Shown: positions 1 through 9,981, counted from the stretch's first letter. The stretch is 64,000 nt of DNA from an uncultured Gemmatimonadales bacterium (GCA_963809895.1 CAWELD010000003.1:2688001-2752000), one strand, 5' to 3'. Notes: generated from the letters alone by a model not told the origin. Program-made: numbers and translations.

Positions 1-1201
1 AGATCTCCGCCAGGCGGCGGGCCGTGACCATGGCGTGGAAGCACTCCTCGATGGTGGCCGGCGCCAGCACGATCTTGGGCGCGTCGCCGGGCTGCCCGTA
101 GAGGGCCGCCAGCAGGTCCGACTGCTCCACCTTGGTGGGGAGCCCGGTGCTGGGCCCGCCCCGCTGCACGTCCACCAGCACCAGCGGCGTCTCGGTCATG
201 ACCGCGAGGCCGAGGAACTCGGTCTTGAGGGCCAGGCCGGGTCCGGAGGTGATGGTGAAGGCCACCTTGCCCGAGTAGGAGGCGCCGATGGCCACGCCGG
301 CCGCGGCGATCTCGTCTTCGGCCTGGTGCAGGATACCCCCGAAGGTGTCGAAGACCTCGCCCAGGTGGTGCGAGACCGAGGTGGCCGGCGTGATGGGGTA
401 CATCGCCGCCAGGTCCATCCCCGCGGCCACGGCCCCCAGGGCGATGGCCTCGTTGCCGTTCATGACGACCAGATCCTGATCGGTCTCCATGGTGGGCACG
501 CGCACGCGGAAGTCGATGTGTTCCTTCGCCCACTCCACCCCCAGCTCCAGGAGCCGGAAGTTCTTGTCGACGATCTTCTGGCTCTTCTTGCGGAAGGTGT
601 GGGAGATCTGCTCCTTCACCCGCTCGACGTCACGGTCGAAGATCCAGGTGAGAAGGCCCAGGGCGAACATGTTCTTGCCCTTGCGGGCGTTCTCCACCTC
701 GGTGAGGCAGATCTCCTCCATGGGCACGGGCACGATGTTGTACCCGGCCTCCGTGAGCTCCTCCATGGCGGCGTTCCACTGCTCCTGGATCCTGGGATCC
801 GGGTGCGTGGCCCACATGTCTTCGAGGAGGATCGTGGCACCCTCGGCGAGCGCGTGCAGGCGGTGGCGGCCCAGGAGCACCTGCTCGTTGAACGCCACCA
901 CCAGGTTGGTCTCGTCACCCCAGTTGGTGACGGGCCGGTCGCCCAGGCGGATGCGGATACCCGAGGCGCCTGCGATGCTCCGGGGAGGTGGCTCCACCTC
1001 GGCGGGGATGATCTCCACGGTCCAGACGCCGTTGCCCATCTTGGCGGCCACGGCTCCGAAGATCTGTCCGCACTTCTGAGCGCCCTCGCCGGAATCGGAG
1101 ACGATCTCGACGGAGTGGTCCCGCGTCTCGAGGACGCGGGGAGAACCGGCCGGGGCCCCGGCCTTTTCGGCCGAGCCCACGGTCTCGAGTTTGATGGCCA
1201 T
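1..1201 (-). CDS. 2-oxoacid:acceptor (ferredoxin) oxidoreductase alpha subunit, 3' end outside the window
   Basis: Absent from the ORF track because it has no stop in the window. Manual minus-strand translation from ATG 1201 (GGAGAG upstream) gives MAIKLETV...HSVEIVSDSGEGAQKCGQIF...MYPITPATS...HQAEDEIAA...TITSGPGLALKTE...VDVQRGGPSTG, the motifs of a fused gamma/alpha KorA/PorA subunit. Confidence 0.93.
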   Translation of the reverse strand, partial: MAIKLETVGSAEKAGAPAGSPRVLETRDHSVEIVSDSGEGAQKCGQIFGAVAAKMGNGVWTVEIIPAEVEPPPRSIAGASGIRIRLGDRPVTNWGDETNLVVAFNEQVLLGRHRLHALAEGATILLEDMWATHPDPRIQEQWNAAMEELTEAGYNIVPVPMEEICLTEVENARKGKNMFALGLLTWIFDRDVERVKEQISHTFRKKSQKIVDKNFRLLELGVEWAKEHIDFRVRVPTMETDQDLVVMNGNEAIALGAVAAGMDLAAMYPITPATSVSHHLGEVFDTFGGILHQAEDEIAAAGVAIGASYSGKVAFTITSGPGLALKTEFLGLAVMTETPLVLVDVQRGGPSTGLPTKVEQSDLLAALYGQPGDAPKIVLAPATIEECFHAMVTARRLAEI

Positions 1202-1392
1202 TTGGCCGCCCTCTCCAGCGCGAAAGGAACGGTACGGGCCCGTTTGCGACCCGTGAAACAAATTGTGCACGGGAGGAGGGGGGGCGCCGTCGGGAGAAGA
1301 GGGCGGTACGCGGTGGGGAGAACCCCTACAGCGGAGAGGGGATGGGGTGTGGGGGCCCCGTGGTGGGCCGGCGCGATGGGGCCAGGCGCAGC

Positions 1393-1806
1393 CTAGCGGG
1401 ACGGTTCGTCCTGGTCGGTGCGCGCGTCCGCCGCACCCGGCTCCTCGTCGTCCTTGCCGGAGCGCCCGCGGGGCTCGTCGCCGCCGCGAACCATCTGTTC
1501 CAGCTTGCCCAGGAGGGTGTCGCTGCCGGCTTCGGACGCGCCGAAGAGCCCATCGTCGTCCAGCACCGTCCCGGCCTCGAGGCGCTCGATGGGTCCGTGC
1601 AGGTTCAGCCACAGGTCGAAGCGCTCGCTGGCGAGCAGCACCGAGTAGAACAGACGGGGTCGCTTGCCCCCGCCGGACACCAGGTCCGCCAGCATGGCTA
1701 CGGCCGCGACGTTGATGAGGACGAGGTCCTTGAACCCGTCCACCACCAGCTTGAGCAGGAAGATGGCGAAGTCGCGGAATGCGACCTTCCGTGTGGCTTC
1801 TATCAT
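1393..1806 (-). CDS. hypothetical protein, 137 aa, hydrophobic N-terminal half
   Basis: Normal protein composition and GC3-biased codons, GGGAG RBS, ECF-like promoter upstream. Confidence 0.8.
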   Translation of the reverse strand: MIEATRKVAFRDFAIFLLKLVVDGFKDLVLINVAAVAMLADLVSGGGKRPRLFYSVLLASERFDLWLNLHGPIERLEAGTVLDDDGLFGASEAGSDTLLGKLEQMVRGGDEPRGRSGKDDEEPGAADARTDQDEPSR

Positions 1807-1864
1807 GGAGACTCCCGGGAGGGGGAGGTCGAATGCGTCGTGACGTTCCTCGGTGCGTCCATCC

Positions 1865-1890
1865 CTACGGATCGCGGCGCACTGGGTTCA
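1865..1890 (-). promoter_or_regulatory. putative ECF sigma promoter TGAAC-N16-CGTAG
   Basis: Minus strand reads TGAAC ccagtgcgccgcgatc CGTAGG about 60 nt upstream of the ATG at 1806; fits the AAC/CGT ECF consensus. Confidence 0.55.
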
Positions 1891-2169
1891 CCGCCGGAAG
1901 CATGCCGAGGCCGGCACCCAGCAGCGACGCCCCGCCTACCACGATGCAGCCCAGGTGCAGCCCGGATACGGTCCAAGCTACCCGACTGGGGAATTATTGC
2001 CCACAAGGTCGCCCAGGCAACGCGCCGAGGCTCGGCGGGCTGCATTGCAGCGAATAATCGTGCAATCAGGTGGGACCAGGCGCGAAACACAACGACGTGG
2101 GCTGCATCGTGGGCGATCCGGCGTCGGCTCCCGGCTAACACCACGGCCCCTCCGTCTGTCCTCGAAGCA

Positions 2170-2197
2170 GGAACCTTTGCACAGCGCCGACGTAGAG
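2170..2197 (+). promoter_or_regulatory. putative ECF sigma promoter GGAAC-N16-CGTAGAG for the MoxR operon
   Basis: GGAAC at 2170-2174, 16-nt spacer, CGTA at 2191-2194, about 95 nt before the first gene. Confidence 0.6.
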
Positions 2198-2291
2198 AGC
2201 ATTCACCCCACCGTGCATCCGGAGGGCTGCCTCGCGAGCAGGCCCGTCCGGATCGATCGGGACGTCCGCGAGCGCCCTCCACGGAGCCCAG

Positions 2292-3221
2292 ATGCGGCCC
2301 TTTGTCTCGTCGTTCGTCGCGCTGGCCGCGGTGTCCCTGACCGGGGTGGCCCTGGCCGGCTCGTCCCTCCACGCTCCGGCGTGGGGGAGCGCTGCGCCCG
2401 CCGACGGTGCCGGCGACTCCCCTGCACACGCCGTCACGCCAGGCTTCTACGCCCCGTCCGCAGCGCTTCCTGGACGAGGCCCTGGCCTCCCCCGCGGCCG
2501 GCCTGCCAACCCGCGCAGACCGATCCCCGCCCCGAGTTCCGGGAGTTCTTCTTCACGCGCGCCATCTACTCCAGCGGCGGTGGCGGCGGCTTCAACTCGC
2601 CGCCGCTGGGGCCGCCGCTGCCAGAGCTGGGCCACCGACTATCCCAAGGCCGACCGCCAGTTCCTGGTGGTGGTGCAGCGCCTCACCAACCTGGACCTCT
2701 TCCCCAACGAGCACGCGGTAGCGCTGGACGACCCGGATCTCCGCCGCTTTCCGTTCCTCTACACCCTCGAGGTGGGTCACATGAACATGACCCAGTCCGA
2801 GGTTCACGGGCTCCGGGATTACCTGAACGCCGGCGGCTTCCTGGTCATCGACGATTTCTGGGGCACGTACGAGTGGGCGAACTTCGAGCGGGAGATCTCC
2901 CGCGTGCTGCCGGGGCGTCCCATCGTGGACATCCCCCTGGATCACCCGCTTTTCGAAGCCTTCTACGACATCAAGGAGATCATGCAGGTCCCCAACGTCA
3001 ACAACGGCATGCGGGGCAGTCACACCTGGGAACAGGACGGTGTCGTGCCCCACGTGAGGGGGATCTTCGACGACCACGGACGCCTGATGGTGGTCATCAA
3101 CTGGAACACGGATCTGGGCGACGCCTGGGAGTGGGCGGAGAACCCCTACTATCCGCTCAAGTACTCCACCTTCGCGTACCAGATGGGCGTCAACATGATC
3201 ATCTACGGCATGAGTCACTGA
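2292..3221 (+). CDS. DUF4159-domain secreted protein; region ~2455-2600 locally frameshifted
   Basis: Signal peptide; WATDYPKAD, GGFLVIDDFWG, NTDLGDAWE and MGVNMIIYGMSH motifs. The expected EFFFTRAIYS segment lies in another frame, implying compensating indels. Confidence 0.85.
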   Translation: MRPFVSSFVALAAVSLTGVALAGSSLHAPAWGSAAPADGAGDSPAHAVTPGFYAPSAALPGRGPGLPRGRPANPRRPIPAPSSGSSSSRAPSTPAAVAAASTRRRWGRRCQSWATDYPKADRQFLVVVQRLTNLDLFPNEHAVALDDPDLRRFPFLYTLEVGHMNMTQSEVHGLRDYLNAGGFLVIDDFWGTYEWANFEREISRVLPGRPIVDIPLDHPLFEAFYDIKEIMQVPNVNNGMRGSHTWEQDGVVPHVRGIFDDHGRLMVVINWNTDLGDAWEWAENPYYPLKYSTFAYQMGVNMIIYGMSH

Positions 3222-3270
3222 GCGCGACACGAAGACCTGAGCACGGCATGACACCGACGCGGGAAACAAC

Positions 3271-5556
3271 GTGGTAGAACGGCTGTTCGAGCTCCTCTTC
3301 AAGTACCGGCCCGTCCTCTTCCAGCAGGGGGACGTGGTCTTCGCCACGCCCTGGTCGCTGGCCCTGGTGGTGCTGGCGGCGGCGGTGGTGGCCGTGGCGG
3401 CGGTGGTCACCTACGGAGCCACCAGCGGCAAGGCCTCGCCGGGGGACCGCACGGTGCTGGCCACCCTGCGCCTGGCCGCGTTGGGGCTGCTCACCTTCTG
3501 CCTGCTGCAGCCGACGCTGGTCCTGAGCTCGGTGGTCCCGCAGCGCAATTTCGTGGGGATCGTGGTCGACGACTCCCGCTCCATGACGCTCCCCGACGCC
3601 GACGGCCGGCCGAGGGGGGATTTCGTGGCCGAGCGCTTCGGGCCCGAGGGATCCCCGCTGGTCGACGCGTTGTCCGAGCGCTTCGCGCTGCGCTACTTCC
3701 GCTTCGCCGGAGACGCCGGGCGCATTCCGTCCACCGACGTGTTGAACTTCGACGGCACGCGCACCGATCTGGCGAGCGCGCTGGACCGGGCCCGCGAGGA
3801 GCTCTCCAGCGTGCCGCTGTCCGGGCTCGTGGTGCTCACCGACGGCGCCGACAACGGTGGGCGGCCGCTGGCCGAGGCGCTGGTACCGCTGCAGGCCGCG
3901 TCGATTCCCGTCTACACGGTGGGACTGGGCGCGGAGGCGCTGAGCCCCGACATCCAGGTGGGCCCGGTGGAGCTGCCGCGCTCGGTCCTGCAGGGCTCGG
4001 CGCTGGTGGTGGACGTGCTGGTCACGCACAAGGGATTCGGGGGACGCCGGGTCCCGGTCATGGTGGAGGACGGTGGCCGCATCCTCGCCGAGGACACCCT
4101 CACCCTGGGTGACGACGACGAACCCACCACGGCACGGATCCGCTTCGCCCTCGATCAGGCCGGCGCACGCACGCTCCGCTTCCGGGTTCCCGTCCAGGAC
4201 GGCGAGGAGGTGGCCCAGAACAACGCGCGCGAGGTGGGGCTGGAGGTGCGCGAGCGCCGCGAGAAGATCCTCTACTTCCAGGGCGAGCCCAGCTACGAGG
4301 TGAAGTTCATCCGCCGCGCCATCGCCGACGATCCCAACGTCCAGGTGGTGGTCCTGGAACGGACCGCCCAGGACAAGTACCTGCGCCTGGACGTGGACGA
4401 CGGCGACGAGCTGGCCGGCGGCTTCCCGCAGACCCGGGAGGAGCTCTTCCGCTACCGCGGACTGATTCTGGGCAGCGTCGAGGCCAGCTACTTCACGCAC
4501 GATCAGCTCCAGATGCTGGCCGATTTCGTGTCGCAGCGCGGGGGCGGATTGTTGGCGCTGGGTGGCCGCATGTCCTTCGCCGAGGGCGGGTACGAAGGCA
4601 CCGCGTTGGCGGAGGTGCTGCCCGTCTATCTGGAAGAGCCCGCCTCGAACCCGCGCGCGGCCTTCACCGAGGTCAAGGTGCGACCCACGCCGGCGGGCCT
4701 GTCCCACCCCGCTTCGCAGCTCCGCACCGACGAAGAGACGCCGCTGGAGGCCTGGGAGGCCCTGCCGCCTCTCACGACCCTGAACCGCATCGTGCGCGTG
4801 AAGCCCGGAGCCACCTCGCTCCTGGTGGGGGACACCCCCGACGGCGAGGAACGCGTGGTCCTGGCCCATCAGCGGTACGGGCGCGGCAAGGCGTTGGCGC
4901 TGCCGGTGCAGGACTCCTGGCTCTGGCAGATGCACGCCGACGTGCCGCTGGAGGACCAGAGCCACGAGGTGCTGTGGCAGCAGCTCCTGCGCTGGCTGGT
5001 GGAAGGCGTGCCGGATCCGGTGGAGGTGAGGGCCGACCGCGAAGCCGTGGAGCCCGGCGAGCCCGTGGTGATCACCGCCACGGTGTTGGACTCCAGCTAC
5101 GTCGAGGTGAACGACGCCCAGGTCGAGGCCATGATGACCTCGTCCGCCGGCGACACCCTGCGGGTGCCGCTGACCTGGACCATCGACACCGACGGCGAGT
5201 ACGCGGCCCAGGTCCGCCCCGGCAGCGCCGGCGCCTGGACCGCCACCGTCACCGCCACCCGCCAGGACGAGCCCCTGGGGAGCGGCGAGGTCCACCTGCG
5301 GGTGGCCTCCAGCGACATCGAGTACTTCGATGCGGGGCTCCGCGCCAATTCCCTGCGACGGCTCGCCGACGAGACCGGAGGTCGCTACTACACGCCGGCC
5401 ACCGTGGACCGGCTGCCCGAGGACCTCCGCTACACCGGTGCGGGCGTGACCCTCACCGAGGAGCGGGACCTGTGGGACATGCCCGTCGTCTTCCTCCTCC
5501 TGCTGGGGCTCATCGGCGCCGAGTGGGGATACCGGCGCATGCGGGGGCTGGTATGA
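3271..5556 (+). CDS. membrane-anchored VWA plus class I glutamine-amidotransferase-like domain protein
   Basis: Two N-terminal TM helices, MIDAS DDSRSM, VVLTDG, GGGLLALGG, RYGRGK and a C-terminal TM ending EWGYRR. Confidence 0.85.
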   Translation: MVERLFELLFKYRPVLFQQGDVVFATPWSLALVVLAAAVVAVAAVVTYGATSGKASPGDRTVLATLRLAALGLLTFCLLQPTLVLSSVVPQRNFVGIVVDDSRSMTLPDADGRPRGDFVAERFGPEGSPLVDALSERFALRYFRFAGDAGRIPSTDVLNFDGTRTDLASALDRAREELSSVPLSGLVVLTDGADNGGRPLAEALVPLQAASIPVYTVGLGAEALSPDIQVGPVELPRSVLQGSALVVDVLVTHKGFGGRRVPVMVEDGGRILAEDTLTLGDDDEPTTARIRFALDQAGARTLRFRVPVQDGEEVAQNNAREVGLEVRERREKILYFQGEPSYEVKFIRRAIADDPNVQVVVLERTAQDKYLRLDVDDGDELAGGFPQTREELFRYRGLILGSVEASYFTHDQLQMLADFVSQRGGGLLALGGRMSFAEGGYEGTALAEVLPVYLEEPASNPRAAFTEVKVRPTPAGLSHPASQLRTDEETPLEAWEALPPLTTLNRIVRVKPGATSLLVGDTPDGEERVVLAHQRYGRGKALALPVQDSWLWQMHADVPLEDQSHEVLWQQLLRWLVEGVPDPVEVRADREAVEPGEPVVITATVLDSSYVEVNDAQVEAMMTSSAGDTLRVPLTWTIDTDGEYAAQVRPGSAGAWTATVTATRQDEPLGSGEVHLRVASSDIEYFDAGLRANSLRRLADETGGRYYTPATVDRLPEDLRYTGAGVTLTEERDLWDMPVVFLLLLGLIGAEWGYRRMRGLV

Positions 5557-6593
5557 GGAGGCTCCGTAGCACCGTCCCACTCGCGCTGGCGATTGTGGCG
5601 CTCCTGCTCCCGAGCGCCGCCGCCGCGCAGCAGACCCATCTGCTGGTGGTGGCCGGACTGGGCGGGGGCCAGGAGTACCGGGAGCAGTTCCTGAACTGGG
5701 CGCTCACCCTGAGAAGCGCCGCCGTGGACACCTACGGGCTCCCGGAGGCCAACGTGGTGGTGCTCGCCGAGGATCCCTCCATGGACCCGGCGGTCTCGGC
5801 CCGCTCCACCCGCGACAACATCGATGCGGCGCTCCAGGGGATCGCGACCCGGGCCGGCGCGCAGGACCGGGTACTGATCGTGCTCCTGGGTCACGGCACC
5901 TACCGGGGCGAGGAGGCCCTCTTCAACCTCCCGGGCCCGGACCTGTCGGCCAAGGAGCTGGGCGTCATGCTCGGCGGGCTCACGGTGGCGGACGTCGCGG
6001 TGGTCAACACCACCAGCGCCAGCGGGCCCTGGGTGCAGGTGCTGGGTGGCCCGGGACGCACGATCATCGCCGCCACCAAGACCGGGCGCGAGCGCAACGA
6101 GACCCGCTTCGGCCAGTTCTTCGCGGCGGCCTTCGAAGACGACGCCGCCGACCTGGACAAGAACGGCTCGGTCTCGCTCCTGGAAGCCTTCACGTACGCC
6201 CGAGGCGAGACGGCCCGGCAGTACGAGGAGGACAACGTGCTCCTCACCGAGCACGCCGTGCTGGACGGCGACGGCGATGGCGAGGGCACGGAAGAGCCCA
6301 CCGTGGACTCTCCGGAGGGAGCGCTGGCTGCCGCCTTCGTGCTGGGCCGACCCGGCGCGCGGGGCGTGGTGGCGGACGGCGCCCCGGCTACCGAGGGCCG
6401 GCCCGTGCCCGCGGACTCGGCGCTGGCCCGGCTCTACGAGGAGCGGGACTCGCTCGAACAGCAGGTGGCCGAGCTGCGCCGCCACCGCGACGACATCGAC
6501 CCCGAGGAGTACGACCGCCGGCTCGAAGCGATCCTGGTGGACCTGGCGCTCAAGAACCGGGAGATCCGGGCCCGCGAGGGAGGTGGGCCGTGA
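5553..6593 (+). CDS. secreted caspase/C13-fold (clan CD-like) protein with C-terminal coiled coil
   Basis: True start ATG 5553 (ATGA overlap); signal peptide; LIVLLGHG, VVNTTSASG and ADLDKNGSVSLLEAF motifs. Confidence 0.7.
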   Translation: MRRLRSTVPLALAIVALLLPSAAAAQQTHLLVVAGLGGGQEYREQFLNWALTLRSAAVDTYGLPEANVVVLAEDPSMDPAVSARSTRDNIDAALQGIATRAGAQDRVLIVLLGHGTYRGEEALFNLPGPDLSAKELGVMLGGLTVADVAVVNTTSASGPWVQVLGGPGRTIIAATKTGRERNETRFGQFFAAAFEDDAADLDKNGSVSLLEAFTYARGETARQYEEDNVLLTEHAVLDGDGDGEGTEEPTVDSPEGALAAAFVLGRPGARGVVADGAPATEGRPVPADSALARLYEERDSLEQQVAELRRHRDDIDPEEYDRRLEAILVDLALKNREIRAREGGGP

Positions 6594-9172
6594 GCCGTTC
6601 GCCCATGGCGGCCCGGACGACCCTGTGGGTGCTGGCCGCCACCCTGGCCGCCACGGCCCCCGCCGCGGCCCAGGACGACGCCTCGCCGGGAGCACGGGCC
6701 CGCGAGCTGGCCCGGAGCGGCCGCTACCAGGACGCCCTGGCCCTCCTGGGCGGCGATACCGGGCCGGCTCCCGATCCGGCGCTGGAGGTGCAGCGCGGCG
6801 AGCTCCTCCTGGACGTGGGCCGCTGGGACGACGCCGAGGCCTCCTTCCGGCGGGCAGTGCAGAGCCGCGCTCCGGCCCGGTCGCTGGCGCAGCTCCGCCT
6901 CGGGGAGATCCAGGACCTGCGCGGCCACGGCGACGAGGCCGCCCGCGTCTACGACGGCTTCATCGACCTCTACAACGGAGGCGGCCAGCTGTCGGCCACG
7001 GACCTGCTGGCCGTGGGGCTGGCGGTGGCCCACCTGGGCCGCCGGAGCTCGGTGCTCTTCCAGGACGCGCTCAAGGCGTTGGACGAGGCCGCGGCCGCCG
7101 ATCCCGGCGACCCGCGCGTGCCGCTAGCCATCGGCGATCTCTTCCTGGCCAAGTACAACTCCACCGAAGCCCACGACGCGTACCGGCAGGTGCTGGAGAC
7201 CGACCCGGAGAATCCCGACGCGCTCCTGGGCGAGGCCCGGGCCCTGGACTTCGACGGCGACGGGCGCGCGCTGGAGACGGTGGAGAAGGCGCTGGACGTC
7301 AATCCCCGTCACCCGGGCGCCCTGACCTTCCTGGCGCGGCTGCACCTGAAGGCGGAGGAGTACGACGAGGCCCGGAACGCCGCCGAAGCGGCGCTGGAGA
7401 CGAATCCCAACAGCCTGCAGGCACTCTCCGTCCTGGCAGCCACCGAGCACCTGCGCGGTGACGAGGCGGCGTACGCCCGGGTGCGGGACCGGGCGCTGGC
7501 GCTGAATCCGGCGTACGCGGACCTCTTCGTCACCGTGGGCGAGCTCGCCGTGGACCACCGCAAGTACGCCGACGCCGTGTCGCTGGCCCGCGAGGCCGTG
7601 CGGCGGGACTCGCTGTCCTGGGAGGGCTGGGGCCTGCTGGGCATGAACCGGCTCCGCACCGGCGAGATCGAGCAGGGCCGCCGCGACCTGGAGAAGGCGT
7701 TCCAGGGGGATCCCTACAACCCCTGGTACAAGAACACCCTGGACCTGCTGGACACCTTCCAGGACTACACGACCGTCACCACGCCCCACTTCCACCTGGT
7801 GATGCGGAAGGACGAAGCGGACATCCTGGCCACCTACGCCACGACCCTCGCCGAAGAGGCCTACGCCGCGCTGCGGGCGCGCTACGGCGCCGAACCCCCG
7901 ACGCCCATCCGCCTGGAGATCTTCCCGCGCCACGCGGATTTCTCGGTGCGCACGCTGGGACTCGTGGGGTTGGGCGCCCTGGGCGTGAGCTTCGGCAGCA
8001 CCCTGGTCATGGACTCGCCCTCGGCCCGGGAGCCCGGCGACTTCAACTGGCAGAGCACCCTCTGGCACGAGCTGGCCCACGCCTTCCACCTGGCCATGAC
8101 GGACCACAACGTGCCGCGCTGGTTCAGCGAGGGCCTGGCCATGCGCGAGCAGCGGGTCGCCCACGCCTACTGGGGCTTCGGGGCCAGCGTGGCCTTCCTG
8201 CAGGCCTACCAGTCCGGACGCATGCCTCCGGTGAGCCACCTCAACGAGGCCTTCGTACGTCCCACCTTCCCCGGGCAGGTGCCACTGGCCTACTACGAGG
8301 CCTCGCTGGTCTTCGACTGGATGGAAGAGACCCACGGCTTCCAGGCCGTGCGCGCCTTCCTGCAGGGTTACGGGCGGGAGGAGTCCACCGCCGAGCTCAC
8401 GCGCTCGGTCCTGGGCATGTCGCCCGACGAGCTGGACGACACCTTCGACGACTACGTGCGCGAGCGCTTCCGCGGGGCGCTCAGGGCCACCGCCGAAACC
8501 GGCTCGCCCTTGTCGGGCATGTTCGGTCAGGTGGGTCCGGCGAACCCGGCCGCGCCGTCGCTGGACGACCTGCGGCGGTCCGTGCGCCAGCGACCCGGAG
8601 ACTTCAGCGCCCAGCTCGCGCTGGGCCGGGCGCTGGCGGCCGACGAGCAGTGGGACGAGGCCGAAGAGCACCTGCGTACGGCGCTGGAGCTCTTCCCCGA
8701 GTACGGAGGGCCCGACGGCCCGCTCCTCTACCTGGCCCGCATGTACAACGCGCGCGGCGACAAGGAGGAGGCCGCCGACGCGCTCCAGGCCATGGGCGAG
8801 CTGGGCGAGAACCTCTACGACGTGCACCTGGCCGAAGCCGGCCTCAGACGGGAGCTGGGCGATCCGGCGGGCGAGCGCCGGGCGCTGGCGCGGGCGGTGG
8901 AGATCTATCCGTACGACATGGACGTGCACGGCCGCCTGGCGGAGCTGATGGCGGAGGCCGGAGACCGGCAGGGGGCGGTGCGGGAGCGACGGGCCATCCT
9001 GGCGCTGAAGCCGGTAGACGCCGCCGACGCCCACTACCGCCTGGCCCTGGCGCTCCGTGACGCCGGCGACCGCGACGAGGCACGCACGCAGGTGCTCAGG
9101 GCGCTGGAGGTGGCGCCGGGCTTCGAGCCCGCCCTGGACCTGCTCCTGGAGTTGCGGGGAGGTGGCTCGTGA
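6590..9172 (+). CDS. secreted TPR-repeat protein with central gluzincin (peptidase MA-like) domain
   Basis: Signal peptide, many TPRs at both ends, HELAH...PRWFSEGLA zinc motif. Confidence 0.88.
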   Translation: MSRSPMAARTTLWVLAATLAATAPAAAQDDASPGARARELARSGRYQDALALLGGDTGPAPDPALEVQRGELLLDVGRWDDAEASFRRAVQSRAPARSLAQLRLGEIQDLRGHGDEAARVYDGFIDLYNGGGQLSATDLLAVGLAVAHLGRRSSVLFQDALKALDEAAAADPGDPRVPLAIGDLFLAKYNSTEAHDAYRQVLETDPENPDALLGEARALDFDGDGRALETVEKALDVNPRHPGALTFLARLHLKAEEYDEARNAAEAALETNPNSLQALSVLAATEHLRGDEAAYARVRDRALALNPAYADLFVTVGELAVDHRKYADAVSLAREAVRRDSLSWEGWGLLGMNRLRTGEIEQGRRDLEKAFQGDPYNPWYKNTLDLLDTFQDYTTVTTPHFHLVMRKDEADILATYATTLAEEAYAALRARYGAEPPTPIRLEIFPRHADFSVRTLGLVGLGALGVSFGSTLVMDSPSAREPGDFNWQSTLWHELAHAFHLAMTDHNVPRWFSEGLAMREQRVAHAYWGFGASVAFLQAYQSGRMPPVSHLNEAFVRPTFPGQVPLAYYEASLVFDWMEETHGFQAVRAFLQGYGREESTAELTRSVLGMSPDELDDTFDDYVRERFRGALRATAETGSPLSGMFGQVGPANPAAPSLDDLRRSVRQRPGDFSAQLALGRALAADEQWDEAEEHLRTALELFPEYGGPDGPLLYLARMYNARGDKEEAADALQAMGELGENLYDVHLAEAGLRRELGDPAGERRALARAVEIYPYDMDVHGRLAELMAEAGDRQGAVRERRAILALKPVDAADAHYRLALALRDAGDRDEARTQVLRALEVAPGFEPALDLLLELRGGGS

Positions 9173-9981
9173 GGGCCCCCACCGTGCTCCTGACCGCCGG
9201 GCTGGTCGTGGCCGCCGCCGGTGTGGCGAGGGCCACCGGAGTCCTGCCGGCGCCGCCGGTCCCCCGGGCCCGCTTCGCGTCGTCGTCGGCCTCGCCCCAG
9301 GAATATCCCGAGGTGCCCTACGACGGGCGCTTCACCTTCGTGCGCATCCGCTACACGGTGGGTGGCGGCAGCGGCATGAGGGGCTTCGGCAGGCGCCGGG
9401 AGGATCCCTGGCACCACGACTATCCCAGGGCCGAGACCAACTTCGCCAAGATCATCGCGGAGACCACCCTCATCGATCCGTTCATGGACGGTAGCCGCAT
9501 CCTGCGCATGGACGATCCGGAGGTCTTCAAGTACCCCATCATCTACGTGGTGGAGGTGGGGTACTGGAATCCCGGCCAGGCCGAGATCGATGCGCTGGGA
9601 GAGTACCTGCAGAAGGGGGGATTCCTGATCGTGGACGACTTCCGCGGCCGGGACATCTACCAGATCCAGGCCATCCTGCAGCAGGCGCTGCCCGGCGTGA
9701 AGCTGCTCGAGGTCCCCGACGACCACGAGATCTTCAACTCCTTCTTCCGCATCGACGATCCGCACTCGCTGCTGCCGCCCTACGACCGCCGCGACGTGCC
9801 CGTCTACGTCGGGGTCTTCGAAGACAACGATCCCACGAAGCGGCTGATGGCCATCCTGAACTACAACAACGACATCGCCGAGTACTGGGAGTTCTCCGAC
9901 GTCGGATACTATCCCATCGACCTCTCCAACGAGGCCTACAAGTTCGGGGTCAACTATCTGGTGTACGCCATGACCCACTGA
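9169..9981 (+). CDS. DUF4159-domain secreted protein (second paralog)
   Basis: FTFVRIRY, WHHDYPRAE, GGFLIVDDF and GVNYLVYAMTH; clearly paralogous to 2292-3221. Confidence 0.88.
   Translation: MRAPTVLLTAGLVVAAAGVARATGVLPAPPVPRARFASSSASPQEYPEVPYDGRFTFVRIRYTVGGGSGMRGFGRRREDPWHHDYPRAETNFAKIIAETTLIDPFMDGSRILRMDDPEVFKYPIIYVVEVGYWNPGQAEIDALGEYLQKGGFLIVDDFRGRDIYQIQAILQQALPGVKLLEVPDDHEIFNSFFRIDDPHSLLPPYDRRDVPVYVGVFEDNDPTKRLMAILNYNNDIAEYWEFSDVGYYPIDLSNEAYKFGVNYLVYAMTH

Noticed and set aside
1250..1273. Rex/CRP-like site upstream of the oxidoreductase (CCCGTG-N12-CACGGG)
   Set aside because: Spacing fits neither consensus; may simply be the AT-rich promoter.
35..1396. 453-aa plus-strand ORF and the many other long antisense or alternate-frame ORFs (e.g. 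3199-5580, 10997-13591, 26107-29118, 60806-62959)
   Set aside because: Shadow ORFs of real genes in high-GC DNA; R/G/P/H-rich composition with no family motifs.
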